DNA of 64,000 nucleotides from Candidatus Aminicenantales bacterium (GCA_049515535.1 JBEKTZ010000010.1:62001-126000), one strand, 5' to 3'; numbered from the stretch's first letter, positions 19,024-28,878 are shown. Translations and numbers: made by a program. Notes: generated by a model not told the origin, from the sequence alone.

Positions 19024-19887
19024 ATGATGAAAAAAGCCATTTGGAGCATAGGCGTCCTTTTGATCGTCGCGACCCTGGCCTATCCCCAGCAGGTTTCCTT
19101 CAAATTGAAGGGCGGCTTCTCCTGGATCAACGGAGACGACTATAACAAGGGGATCGCCGGCGAAAATCAATACATCAAGGACACGTCCTCGACCATGTCG
19201 GGCGCCTATGCCGAACTCCGGAGCGGCATGAATTTCGAGGCCGAGATCATCGTCCACATGGGTCCCCGCTTCGCCTTCGGTTTCGGCGGCGGATATTATC
19301 GCTTGCAGAACGATAGCACGGTCACGAGCCATGGCGTCCTCTCGGATGCGCCGTTTGATGCCGTATCCACGTATAAGCCCCGTTTATCGACCATCCCCCT
19401 GTACGTGAACATCCATTATCTCGCGCCGTTGACCTCACAAATGAAGCTCGATATATATGCGGGGCCCCTTTTCCAGATCGTCCAATACACGTTCGAAAAT
19501 CCGTCGACGACCACCATTTCATCCGTGAATCAGACTATGACCTTCACGGCCAGCACGACCTCTATCGGCTTTCAAGGAGGGGTCGGCCTGAGCTACGCGA
19601 TCACTCCCGGCCTCTCCCTGATCGCGGAAACGTGTTATCGCTATGGAACGGTCTTCGACCTCAGCGGAAACTGGGTCGTGATCGGAACGTCCGATGCCGG
19701 CGCGATCAATAACAGCAGCGATAGTTATTATATGTGGGTCTACAATTACACGCAGGGAGGCACGTATACCCGGATCGGCTACTCCGACGTCAACGGTCCG
19801 ACGGGGAGCGGCGTTTCCAATGCGAGTAAAGCCGTCATCCGCATGTCCGGCATCACGGCCACAATCGGCGTGAAATTCAGCTTGTGA
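19024..19887 (+). CDS. Outer-membrane beta-barrel protein
   Basis: Signal peptide, alternating beta-strand pattern and C-terminal GVKFSL. Confidence 0.65.
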   Translation: MMKKAIWSIGVLLIVATLAYPQQVSFKLKGGFSWINGDDYNKGIAGENQYIKDTSSTMSGAYAELRSGMNFEAEIIVHMGPRFAFGFGGGYYRLQNDSTVTSHGVLSDAPFDAVSTYKPRLSTIPLYVNIHYLAPLTSQMKLDIYAGPLFQIVQYTFENPSTTTISSVNQTMTFTASTTSIGFQGGVGLSYAITPGLSLIAETCYRYGTVFDLSGNWVVIGTSDAGAINNSSDSYYMWVYNYTQGGTYTRIGYSDVNGPTGSGVSNASKAVIRMSGITATIGVKFSL

Positions 19888-19954
19888 TCGTTAAATAAAT
19901 CGGGCCGTCCAAGAGCGATGGGATGGAATGAACCCCGGCATTAAAGGAGCAGGC

Positions 19955-21502
19955 ATGATAAAGACAAGAAGATTTTTCGTCGCCCTTGCGGCGCTACTGT
20001 TGATGGCTTCGAGCGCGACGACCGCGATGGCCCAAGCCTGGATGAACCTGGCCCTGACTCGCGTGATCTACCTCTCCATGAAGAGCCAGGCCAAACCCCA
20101 GGGCGAGCTCAAAACGAAGATCGACGCTCTCGACAAGGACATCGCCGAGGCGGCCCGCGCGGGCCGGAGCGGCGAAGTTCGTCGCCTCTTGGCCAAGGGG
20201 ATGGCGCTCCTCGCGGGCCGCCCCTGGACCGACGAACTCGAGTTCTCCAACTCGCTGATCTTGCGGGCCGATGAGATCTATGTCGATTCGAGCCGTCCTT
20301 TCGCTATCCGCGTCGAACAGATTTACGCCCCGCACATCCTGTTGGCCGATTCTCTGGCGGTCCGGGTCTCCCTGCACACGCCCGAGCGCGGCGCGCTCGG
20401 CGTTCGCGCGGGAGCAAAATTGAAGGATCTCGCGGCGCAGGACGGCGTGAGTCGCGATTTCCTGGACGAGCCGTGCCGCGTCGATCTCGACCTTTCGGAC
20501 GCCGAGGACGGGACCTATCTTCTCCGGGCTGAAATTCTGGAGAAAGAAAAATCCCTCGGCGCGGCCACTCTTCTCGTCGATCTGCGGAAAGGCTTGACGG
20601 AGCGGCTTCGCTCGCTCGAAACCGAACTCAAGAAGATCAACGGATTCGATGCCGTCCGCCCCGACGTCCTGTATCCGCTCGATTTCATCCGGAACGTGAA
20701 CCGCGGGCGCATCGAGATCGGAACCTTCCAGATCGTCCCCGAACTGAAAGCCGCCGAAGACGTCCTGGCCTCGATCAAAGCGGGAAAAGACCCCTTCGCG
20801 GGCAGGACCGGCGACATGGAGAGGCACTACCTCTTGGAAGGCGCGAACGAGATCATGCCCTATCGGGTTTACCTGCCGAAGAAATACGACGGTCGGGCAG
20901 CCTTCCCTCTGATCATCGCCTTGCACGGTCTCGGCGCCACCCAGGACTCGTTCTTCGATTCCTATGGAAAAGAGTTTCCCAAGCTCGCCGAGGAACACGG
21001 ATATATCGTCGCAGCGCCGCTCGGTTATCGCGTGGACGGCGCCTATGGAAGGGTTCTGTTCGGCAATCCCGGAAACCCGATGGTCGCTCGCAAACTCGAG
21101 TTCAGCGAAAAAGACGTCATGAACGTCCTGGCCTTGATGCAGAAAAATTACAAAATCGACGAATCCCGGATCTACCTGACGGGCCACTCCATGGGGGCCA
21201 TAGGGACTTGGTATCTGGGCGCGAAATACCCGGAGATCTGGGCGGCCCTGGCGCCGTTTTCGGGGTCCGCGAATCCTTCGACCGTGGCCGCGATGAAACG
21301 CATCCCTGAAATCGTCGTCCACGGGGACGCGGACCCGACGGTCCCCGTGCTCGCTTCACGGGCGATGGTCGCCGAGATGAAGAAGCAGGGCGTCGAGCAC
21401 GTTTACATCGAGGTTCCCGGCGGGAACCACCTCAACGTCGTGACGCCGAACTTCGCGGCCGTTTTCGATTTCTTCGACAAACACCGCAAGAAGACGTCTT
21501 AG
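19955..21502 (+). CDS. Secreted alpha/beta-hydrolase (esterase/PHB-depolymerase-like) with N-terminal extension
   Basis: PLIIALHG, GHSMG nucleophile, HGDADPTV and GGNH. AAGGAG RBS. Confidence 0.8.
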   Translation: MIKTRRFFVALAALLLMASSATTAMAQAWMNLALTRVIYLSMKSQAKPQGELKTKIDALDKDIAEAARAGRSGEVRRLLAKGMALLAGRPWTDELEFSNSLILRADEIYVDSSRPFAIRVEQIYAPHILLADSLAVRVSLHTPERGALGVRAGAKLKDLAAQDGVSRDFLDEPCRVDLDLSDAEDGTYLLRAEILEKEKSLGAATLLVDLRKGLTERLRSLETELKKINGFDAVRPDVLYPLDFIRNVNRGRIEIGTFQIVPELKAAEDVLASIKAGKDPFAGRTGDMERHYLLEGANEIMPYRVYLPKKYDGRAAFPLIIALHGLGATQDSFFDSYGKEFPKLAEEHGYIVAAPLGYRVDGAYGRVLFGNPGNPMVARKLEFSEKDVMNVLALMQKNYKIDESRIYLTGHSMGAIGTWYLGAKYPEIWAALAPFSGSANPSTVAAMKRIPEIVVHGDADPTVPVLASRAMVAEMKKQGVEHVYIEVPGGNHLNVVTPNFAAVFDFFDKHRKKTS

Positions 21503-21567
21503 GGAAAAAGACTCCGATCATCCATCGCCCGGGGAAAGCGGCGCCTAAAATCCGAAGGCCGGGAATA

Positions 21568-22548
21568 TCACGCTTTCCCGAGGACGATCGCCAGAAGCGC
21601 CATGCGGACGTACAAGCCGTACTCCATTTGGCGGAAATAGGCCGCGCGGGGATCGTCGTCAAAATCCATGCTGATCTCCGTGACGCGCGGCAGGGGATGC
21701 ATGACGATCATCTCTTTCTTGGCGGCCTTCATGATGTCGGGCTTGATCACATAGGCCCCCTTGACCTTCTCGTACGCTTCAGGATCCTCGAATCGCTCTT
21801 TCTGGACGCGCGTGACATAGAGCACGTCCGTTTTGGGCAGCACTTTATCGAGCGAAGTGTATTCTTTTTGCGGGATCCCCTTGGCCGCGACCTCGTCCAT
21901 GACGTCCCGGGGCATACGGAGGATGTCGGGCGAAACGTAATTCAGCTTGATGCCGCCGAACTGCGTGAGCAGGCGGGACAGCGAATGCACGGTCCGCCCG
22001 TATTTCAGGTCGCCGAGCATCGTGACGGTTAGATCATCGAGCCGCCCCAATTCTTCGCGGATCGTGAAGGTGTCGAGCAAGGCCTGCGTCGGGTGTTCGC
22101 CCACCCCGTCGCCCGCGTTGATGACGGGTTTTCGGGCGTGCTTCGCGGCGAGCGCCGCCGATCCGACTTCGGGATGGCGCAACACGATCACGTCGGCGTA
22201 GCAGCCCAGCGTCCGGACCGTATCGGGGAGGCTTTCGCCCTTCGCCACAGAGGAGTACTTCACCTCGCTGATCGGGATGACCGCGCCGCCGAGGCGCTGC
22301 ATCGCCGCCATGAACGACGCCGCCGTTCGCGTGGACGGCTCGTAGAACAAGTTCGCCAGGATTTTGCCCTTCAGCAGGTCGAACGTGCCGATCCGCTCGA
22401 CCATGATCCGCATCTCGTGGGCCACGCCGAAAATGTATTCCAGGTCGGCGCGGCTGAACTGCTTGACCGACAGGATATCTTTTCCGTACCAGGGGGCCGT
22501 CCGCTGGTCGCCGAACGGGAGATGGGGGTTTTTGGATTTGGTGGGCAT
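21568..22548 (-). CDS. pyrB: Aspartate carbamoyltransferase catalytic subunit
   Basis: [44 protein letters not shown] and MHPLPR. Confidence 0.97.
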   Translation of the reverse strand: MPTKSKNPHLPFGDQRTAPWYGKDILSVKQFSRADLEYIFGVAHEMRIMVERIGTFDLLKGKILANLFYEPSTRTAASFMAAMQRLGGAVIPISEVKYSSVAKGESLPDTVRTLGCYADVIVLRHPEVGSAALAAKHARKPVINAGDGVGEHPTQALLDTFTIREELGRLDDLTVTMLGDLKYGRTVHSLSRLLTQFGGIKLNYVSPDILRMPRDVMDEVAAKGIPQKEYTSLDKVLPKTDVLYVTRVQKERFEDPEAYEKVKGAYVIKPDIMKAAKKEMIVMHPLPRVTEISMDFDDDPRAAYFRQMEYGLYVRMALLAIVLGKA

Positions 22549-22661
22549 GGTCACTCCTTGCTTTACGGCCTTGCGGCTATTTCACGATCCAAAATTTCTT
22601 TTTGATCTCATCCGGAAAAGAGCCGTGGCGAGGCAGATGCATGGGACTCAAAAAAACGGGC

Positions 22662-22841
22662 TTATTGTGACTCGCCGGATCCCGGATTCTGAGTCACGCC
22701 CTCGGCTGGGGCTTCTTCGCCCGTTTCCGGGGCCGGCGTTTCGCCGCGCAGGCGTTTCAGCCTTTTTTCCTCCCGCTTTTTCAAGCGGTCCAGCTCTTTG
22801 TTTCTCTTCGCACTCTTATAGGCCCGGTTGTTCTTTGCCAA
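22662..22841 (-). CDS. Small basic-then-acidic hypothetical protein (59 aa)
   Basis: AAAGGAGG RBS and TTG start. Reads MAKNNRAYKSAKRNKELDRLKKREEKRLKR followed by an acidic tail. Confidence 0.65.
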   Translation of the reverse strand: MAKNNRAYKSAKRNKELDRLKKREEKRLKRLRGETPAPETGEEAPAEGVTQNPGSGESQ

Positions 22842-22956
22842 GCGGCCCTCCTTTCTTATCGCCGCCATCATAAAACAACTCGGGGGCGAGCCGCAAGGAT
22901 TTCTTGCGGACGGCGGGCGTCCCGCGAACGTCCCTTATTCTTGACAGGAATTCTCC

Positions 22957-23060
22957 ACGGCGGCTGGGGCCCCGGGCTTTGCCCGGGGGTCCACTTCCGC
23001 CGTACTCGCCCGTGCATATAAGCTCCGGGCGAGTGGCGAGCCCTTGGCTCGTCCCTTGAC
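22957..23060 (+). repeat. Structured ~104-bp dispersed repeat, copy 2
   Basis: Same three-hairpin element as at 9568. It is followed by a partial repeat of its 3' end (AAGGCCCGTCCCTTGAC, 23071-23087). Confidence 0.95.
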
Positions 23061-23082
23061 TTCCGCCGCGAAGGCCCGTCCC

Positions 23083-23112
23083 TTGACATGGGATACATTC
23101 TCCCACTAAGAT
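23083..23112 (+). promoter_or_regulatory. Sigma70-type promoter of the spermidine-synthase-like gene
   Basis: TTGACA-N18-TAAGAT. The -35 box is supplied by the repeat-like CCCTTGAC end. Confidence 0.5.
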
Positions 23113-23163
23113 TTCGACGTTTGAAGCGGGGCCGGTTCCCGCCCAAGGAATCGCCATTACGCC

Positions 23164-25638
23164 ATGAATAGACAAGACCCTGTTCTCTCCTCGAGCGGTT
23201 CCGTCCCAAGCCGTTATTTGCCTCTTCTGCTGGGAGCGTTCGCGGCCAGCGGCTGCGCCGCCTTGATTTACGAGATCGTCTGGTTCCAGGTGCTGGAAAT
23301 GGTCATCGGATCGACCGCGGTCTCCATGGCCGTGCTGTTGGGGACCTATATGGGAGGCATGAGCCTCGGCAGCCTCTTCCTGCCCCACCTCATTTCGGCC
23401 CGCCGGCACCCCTTGCGCGTTTACGCCGGACTCGAGATAGGAATCGGCGCGCTCGGACTCGCGGTCCTATTCGGCATGCCGTCCGTCGTCCGATTCTACA
23501 CGGCGACCGCGGGGCATGGATTCGCGGGAATCCTGCTTCGCGGCGCGGTCAGCGCTATATGCCTGCTGCTCCCGACCATGCTGATGGGCGCGACGCTGCC
23601 GGCCCTCTCGCGATGGGTCGAGCTGACGCCCCGCGGCGTTTCGTGGCTGGGCTTCTTCTACGGCGGGAACACGACCGGAGCCGTATTCGGAAGCCTGCTG
23701 GCCGGGTTTTATCTCCTGCGGTTGCATGACATAACGACGGCGACTTATGTCGCCGCTTCGATTAACGGAGGCGTGGCGTTGCTCGGCCTCGGCTTGGCGG
23801 CCGGAACGCGCGACTTCCGTCCGTCGGACTGGCAGGATCGGGATCGAGCGACGCGTCTCCGCGGCGCCTGGCCGGTGCTGATCGTGATCGGCCTGTCGGG
23901 CTTCTGCGCGCTGGGCGCCGAAGTGATCTGGACGCGCCTATTGTCGTTGATGTTGGGAGGAACGGTCTACACGTTTTCCATCATTTTGGCCGTTTTCCTG
24001 GCGGGGCTGGGGATCGGTAGCGGCCTCGGCTCGTATCTGACGCGCCGGACCGCGCGCCCGCGATCGGCGCTGGGATCCGCTCAGCTCTTTCTGATCGCGG
24101 CCATCGCCTTGGCCGCTTTTATGCTGGCCAAAATCCTGCCCTATTGGTCGATCCGTTACGCGTCAACCGGACATTTATGGTCCAACTTTTTCATGGACGT
24201 CGTGCGCTGTCTTTGCGCCGTATTCCCGCCGGCGCTTCTCTGGGGAGCGAGTTTCCCGCTGGCCCTGGCCGCCGTCGCGCCTCAGGCGCACGACCCGGGA
24301 CGGTTGGTCGGGAGAGTCTATGCCGCCAACACGGCCGGGGCCATCGTCGGCGCCATCGGATTCAGCCTGGTTTTCATTCCCGCGCTGGGCACGCGGCATT
24401 CCCAAAGGCTGATGATCGGATTTTCCGCCGCCGCCGCGCTTCTGGCCTTCGCGCCATATCTGCGGCGGAACCGGCCCCGGACCAGCCTCGCGGACGGACT
24501 TCAAGAGCGTCGGCCTAAAATTTCTCCCGCGATCCGGTTGGCGGCCGGGGCGATCCTCGCCGCGGTTTTAGCCTGGAGCGTGCCCCAGGTTCCCTGGGAA
24601 TTGATCGCGTATGGCCGAAAACTGCCCGAGCGGCTCGGCGAAGCGCAATTGCTCTACGTCGGCGAAGGCATGAATTCCTCGGTCGCGGTCACCCAATTGG
24701 ACAACGACGTGCGGCGTTTCCATGTCAGCGGCAAGGTGGAGGCCTCGAGCGATCCGGCGGACATGCGGGTGCAGCGCATGCTCGGGCACGTCCCGGCCCT
24801 CTTCCATGCGAACCCCCGCACGGTCCTCGTCGTGGGTTGCGGAGCGGGCGTGACCGCCGGTTCGTTCGTGCTCTACTCCGGAGTGAAGAGGATCGTGATC
24901 TGCGAGATCGAGCCGCTGATTCCCAAGGTCGTGGCCCGCTACTTCGGGGAGCAGAATTACGACATGCTGGACGATCCCCGGGTCGAAGTGGTTTACGATG
25001 ACGCCCGGCATTTCATTCTCACCACGAAAGAGACCTTCGACATCATCACCTCCGACCCGATCCATCCCTGGGTCAAGGGCTCCGCCGCCCTTTATACCGA
25101 GGAATATTTCGAGTTGTGCAAGCGGCATTTGAATCCGGGCGGCATCATCGCCCAGTGGGTCCCTTTGTACGAGAGCACCATGGAGGCCGTCAAAAGCGAG
25201 ATCGCGACGTTTTTCGACGTCTATCCCTTCGGGACGATATGGAGCAACGACATCGTCGGCGTCGGCTACGATGTCGTGCTCATCGGGCAGGAGGACGCCC
25301 TCCGGATCGATTTGGACGCGCTCCAAGAGCGGTTGGATCGCGAAGACCATAAGGCCGTCGGCTGGTCGATCGGCGAAGTGGGGTTTTCGTCGGCGGTGGA
25401 TCTCGTCTCGACATATGCCGGGCAGGCGCCCGATCTGGGACCGTGGCTGAAGGGCGCGGAGATCAACCGGGATCGGAACCTGCGGCTGCAATACCTGGCG
25501 GGGATGGGGTTGAACTTACAGCAAAGCTTGGGCATTTATGAAGATTTGCTGAAATACGACCGATTTCCCAAGGACCTCATTGTCGGATCGGAAAAAAAGA
25601 TGCAGGCCCTCAAGCGACTGCTCGGACAGATTAAATAA
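23164..25638 (+). CDS. Fused membrane (MFS-like)/spermidine synthase domain protein
   Basis: Two SG..AL.YE..W membrane repeats and a SAM-binding VLVVGCGAG..CEIE..DDARH..DIITSDP domain. Confidence 0.85.
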   Translation: MNRQDPVLSSSGSVPSRYLPLLLGAFAASGCAALIYEIVWFQVLEMVIGSTAVSMAVLLGTYMGGMSLGSLFLPHLISARRHPLRVYAGLEIGIGALGLAVLFGMPSVVRFYTATAGHGFAGILLRGAVSAICLLLPTMLMGATLPALSRWVELTPRGVSWLGFFYGGNTTGAVFGSLLAGFYLLRLHDITTATYVAASINGGVALLGLGLAAGTRDFRPSDWQDRDRATRLRGAWPVLIVIGLSGFCALGAEVIWTRLLSLMLGGTVYTFSIILAVFLAGLGIGSGLGSYLTRRTARPRSALGSAQLFLIAAIALAAFMLAKILPYWSIRYASTGHLWSNFFMDVVRCLCAVFPPALLWGASFPLALAAVAPQAHDPGRLVGRVYAANTAGAIVGAIGFSLVFIPALGTRHSQRLMIGFSAAAALLAFAPYLRRNRPRTSLADGLQERRPKISPAIRLAAGAILAAVLAWSVPQVPWELIAYGRKLPERLGEAQLLYVGEGMNSSVAVTQLDNDVRRFHVSGKVEASSDPADMRVQRMLGHVPALFHANPRTVLVVGCGAGVTAGSFVLYSGVKRIVICEIEPLIPKVVARYFGEQNYDMLDDPRVEVVYDDARHFILTTKETFDIITSDPIHPWVKGSAALYTEEYFELCKRHLNPGGIIAQWVPLYESTMEAVKSEIATFFDVYPFGTIWSNDIVGVGYDVVLIGQEDALRIDLDALQERLDREDHKAVGWSIGEVGFSSAVDLVSTYAGQAPDLGPWLKGAEINRDRNLRLQYLAGMGLNLQQSLGIYEDLLKYDRFPKDLIVGSEKKMQALKRLLGQIK

Positions 25639-27496
25639 AGCGGAAAGCGCTCTCGCTCATTCGCTCCGATGCCCAGACGTTCGTCCTGACACGGGGAAGC
25701 GATTCGACGGCGGCCGGGGCCCCGGGCTTTGCCCGGGGGTCCGCTTCCGCCGTACTCGCCCGTGGATATAAGCCACGGGCGAGTGGCGAGCCAGAAGGCT
25801 CGTCCCTTGACGGCCGAAACGAAAAAGACAAGTTGTCCGGCGCCGGTTTCGCCGGAGAAACGATCCAGAAACCGGAAACCGGTTTCTCGGCAACGGAGAA
25901 TTCCTCTTGGGCCGCAAGAAGGACCTTCTTTCCGCCGTCGACCAGCGCGACCATCACCGTATACGTTCCGGGCGGAAATTTTTCGAGAGGAAACGCCTCG
26001 AGAAAATCCCGGTCGTTATCGTATTCCCGGACGTTCTTGCGCAAGGTCTGCACCGTCCGCCGGCCGTCGGAAAACGAATATTCCAAAAGACCTCCGTCCC
26101 GCAATTCCCGGCTCAGGCCATAGATCTGGAAGAACAGAAACAGCCGGTCCTTTTTTGAGAACACGCGATCGAGCGACGGATAAATCCACCGTTTTCCAGC
26201 CTGGAAAGCCCCTCCGGCCGGATTCGAGGAGACCTCTTCGAAAACCTTCCCGGCAAAAAGGAGAGGGCTCATCCCCGGGATTTGTCCATCGGGAATCTCG
26301 ATGCTTTTCTCGATCGAGGTGAATTCCTTCGCGGCGGCGTTTTCCAGAACAAGGCGGAAGACGTAATTCCCCGGGCGGGCGGAACAGAAATCATACAGTT
26401 GGCAGGCATTCCCGCCGAGGATCTTCATTTCTTCTTTTTTCAAATCGATCGTCACGCGACGTTCCCGCTCGAAAGCGATCTTCCCGGCCGCATCGGTCAA
26501 CCGGACGGACGCTTTCAAGTCGGCTTGATATCGATCCCCGGACGAAATGAACGTCAGGGCGTCCGGGGCCAGGGCGTAATGCACGGAGAAAAGGCCCGAA
26601 GCGTCTTGAAGGGCGATCATTTTGAACTGATTCCCGACGCGATGAAGGGCATAATTCACGTCTCCGGCCGTTCTCGTCTTCACGAAATCCGAAACATAGC
26701 CCCCGCGGACGATTCGATAGGGATAGGATTCGATGTCGCCCAAGAAGGATTTGAACATCCCGGCGTGACGAGAGTCCACCGCTCCCGGGACGAAAGAAAG
26801 CGCGGCCTCAGCCAATTCGGGGGAAACGAAATTCCTTAAAAAAACATACGCTTGCCGATCCGGAGCCGCCCAGCTTTCGGGGAAATCGCCGGCCAGGGGA
26901 CTCGCTTCATCGAGCATTTTTTTTAATTCTTCGATCTCCGATTTCATCGCGGCGGCGGGGACCAGGCTTTTGGGCCCGTCGGCGATGGGATCGTAGAGGA
27001 CGAACTCTCCGCGGCCTTGCCTTTTAAAAAATAAAAACCGGAACGTGGAAACACCCCCGATCCCGGGAAGCCCGGCATACGTCCAAACCTCGACGGGATA
27101 GATCCGGACGGAAACGAAATCGTGTACGTCGACCGGCAACCCCAGCTTGATGTAAATCCTTCCCCGCTCTGAATTCCAGCCGTCCGTCGGCTTGCCTCGC
27201 CCGAACATGGCGTTCACGACGGCGATTCTCCGTTCGTGTTCTTCCCGGTATTCATTCCGGGGCGTGCCGGGCGTCGGATCCCGCTGCCGCCAGAATTCCT
27301 TGATGAAGAGATCCCTGTCTCCGTCCGTCCCCAGCCCGGCGAAGGCTTCTTTTTCCTGCGGGGTGATGATATAGGCGACCTCCTCGTTCATCCACGTCGC
27401 GTACTGTTTCGGCAGCGCGGGGCTTTTCGCCGCGGAAAGCGCCGCGGGCAGGGCCAAGGATAAGAAAAGAAGGACGGCGAAAATTTTATTCTTCAA
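25631..27496 (-). CDS. GWxTD-domain protein; 3' end runs through repeat copy 3
   Basis: W..EEVAYII..E...F..L...RD.FI..FW..RDPTP.TP.NE..EH..R and GWNSERGRIYI.LG.P. Confidence 0.85.
   Translation of the reverse strand: MKNKIFAVLLFLSLALPAALSAAKSPALPKQYATWMNEEVAYIITPQEKEAFAGLGTDGDRDLFIKEFWRQRDPTPGTPRNEYREEHERRIAVVNAMFGRGKPTDGWNSERGRIYIKLGLPVDVHDFVSVRIYPVEVWTYAGLPGIGGVSTFRFLFFKRQGRGEFVLYDPIADGPKSLVPAAAMKSEIEELKKMLDEASPLAGDFPESWAAPDRQAYVFLRNFVSPELAEAALSFVPGAVDSRHAGMFKSFLGDIESYPYRIVRGGYVSDFVKTRTAGDVNYALHRVGNQFKMIALQDASGLFSVHYALAPDALTFISSGDRYQADLKASVRLTDAAGKIAFERERRVTIDLKKEEMKILGGNACQLYDFCSARPGNYVFRLVLENAAAKEFTSIEKSIEIPDGQIPGMSPLLFAGKVFEEVSSNPAGGAFQAGKRWIYPSLDRVFSKKDRLFLFFQIYGLSRELRDGGLLEYSFSDGRRTVQTLRKNVREYDNDRDFLEAFPLEKFPPGTYTVMVALVDGGKKVLLAAQEEFSVAEKPVSGFWIVSPAKPAPDNLSFSFRPSRDEPSGSPLARGLYPRASTAEADPRAKPGAPAAVESLPRVRTNVWASERMSESAFRFI
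25707..25811 (+). repeat. Structured ~104-bp dispersed repeat, copy 3
   Basis: Same element, with a T-A to C-G compensatory change in hairpin 1. Confidence 0.95.
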
Positions 27497-27508
27497 TGCC
27501 GGAACTCC

Positions 27509-28672
27509 TCAAAATCTCATTTTAAATCCGGCCCGAACGCAGACGCCGCTGAAATCAAAGACGGCCGGCTTCGCGCTCCCGGAGCCGGAAGGGGCTTCAT
27601 TGAGAAAGGACAATTCGGGATGCGCGCCTCCTTCGATATCATAAAGAGTCCCTGTTGTGTCCACTTCGGGCATCTGACCATTTTGCCAAATTGTCCGAAT
27701 CCCCGACCCCTTGAAGCCGGAGATTCTGGCGTATCTCCCCTGACACTCCAAAAACAAGGCGGCTCTCGGGCTGATCTTGGCTTCGAGCTCGAACCCGCCG
27801 TAGAACCCGATCGTCTTAGCGCTCGCGCTTTGATTCACATTGTCCCGCCAGAATCCGGCGATCGTCGAAGTCATGCCGTACGAATAACTCGTCAGATAGA
27901 GCGCGGGCCCGCCGTTAAGGACGATGGAGAGCGATCGATAAAAAGGAATCCGGTAAAAAAGACCCAATCGAATCTGGATGACATCGATATCGGGTTTGCT
28001 TTGTAAATCCGCGGCAAGCACGCCAGGCGTGGAGAAATCGTACGCCGTGTTTGTCTCGGAAAACCGGACCAAGCTTACGCCCAAGCCGAGGCCCAGCCGA
28101 TCGGAGAAATCGTAGATGGCATCCGCCGACAAGTCATAGCCGGAATGAAAGAATTCCGGACTCTTATTAACGATATAGCCCATGGCCGCGAGCGTCTCGG
28201 CGGCGGAATCATACATCCCCCGAGTCCCTTTCGTGATGTCGCCGCCCGAAAAATAGTCCAAGCCTCCCGCCAACTTCAAGGTCAGTCCGATTCCGCGAAA
28301 AAAAACGGCTTCCTCTTTCCAGAAGTCGGACTCCGTACTCGGTTTCTCTTCCAATACGTCGACGTTCTTGGACAGAATATAGCCGACGGCGATAAAACCC
28401 GAGGCGTCGGGCCAGAGGATCACGCGAAACCAGTCTCCAGCCTTTTCATAGGATTCCAGGATCGTCCCCCTGGCGACGAAAGCCATGACCCTGCCCTTGA
28501 TATCGGGTTCGCTCAGAATACCGGCTTTTTCGATGGTCACTCGCAATTTCCATTCGGACGGATTTCCGCCCAGCGCAGAAGCGGGGAGCGATAGCAAACA
28601 GGCCGCGACAAACACATAAAGCGGCCATTTGCGGCCGACTGCCGGCGTTCCATTCTTTGATTTCTCAGACAT
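27509..28672 (-). CDS. SH3-like domain plus outer-membrane beta-barrel protein
   Basis: Signal peptide, SH3b-like G..LE..EK.GDWFRV...GYI segment, and beta-barrel C-terminus ending GFKMRF. Confidence 0.65.
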   Translation of the reverse strand: MSEKSKNGTPAVGRKWPLYVFVAACLLSLPASALGGNPSEWKLRVTIEKAGILSEPDIKGRVMAFVARGTILESYEKAGDWFRVILWPDASGFIAVGYILSKNVDVLEEKPSTESDFWKEEAVFFRGIGLTLKLAGGLDYFSGGDITKGTRGMYDSAAETLAAMGYIVNKSPEFFHSGYDLSADAIYDFSDRLGLGLGVSLVRFSETNTAYDFSTPGVLAADLQSKPDIDVIQIRLGLFYRIPFYRSLSIVLNGGPALYLTSYSYGMTSTIAGFWRDNVNQSASAKTIGFYGGFELEAKISPRAALFLECQGRYARISGFKGSGIRTIWQNGQMPEVDTTGTLYDIEGGAHPELSFLNEAPSGSGSAKPAVFDFSGVCVRAGFKMRF

Positions 28673-28825
28673 CGCCGCCCCCTCGATTCATTCCCTGGGC
28701 CGCCCCGGACGTCCTTCCAGGCCAGCGGAAATCGCAAGAAATCCGTTTTTCAGAAACTATAGGACATAGAAAAGGGAGCCGAATTCCATCGCCATCGGCC
28801 TCGCCTTTCCTGAATTTTGTCAGGG

Positions 28826-28878
28826 AAAAAAAACGAGGACACAAACAAGAATCCGAAGATCCCTGTTTTATGTCCCCG
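28826..28878 (-). terminator. Rho-independent terminator of the RRM gene
   Basis: Minus-strand stem CGGGGACATAAAACAGGGATC-TTCG-GATTCTTGTTTGTGTCCTCG followed by a T8 tract. Confidence 0.8.

Noticed and set aside
22555..22661. PyrR attenuator upstream of pyrB
   Set aside because: No AGUCCAGAGAGGCU-type binding loop and no terminator/antiterminator pair is visible.
9568..25811. The 104-bp repeats as a CRISPR array, tRNA or classical MITE
   Set aside because: They are dispersed kilobases apart with no spacers or cas genes and no cloverleaf or T-loop. The GTCAA...TTGAC inverted ends occur only in copy 1, where GTCAA is a promoter -35 box.
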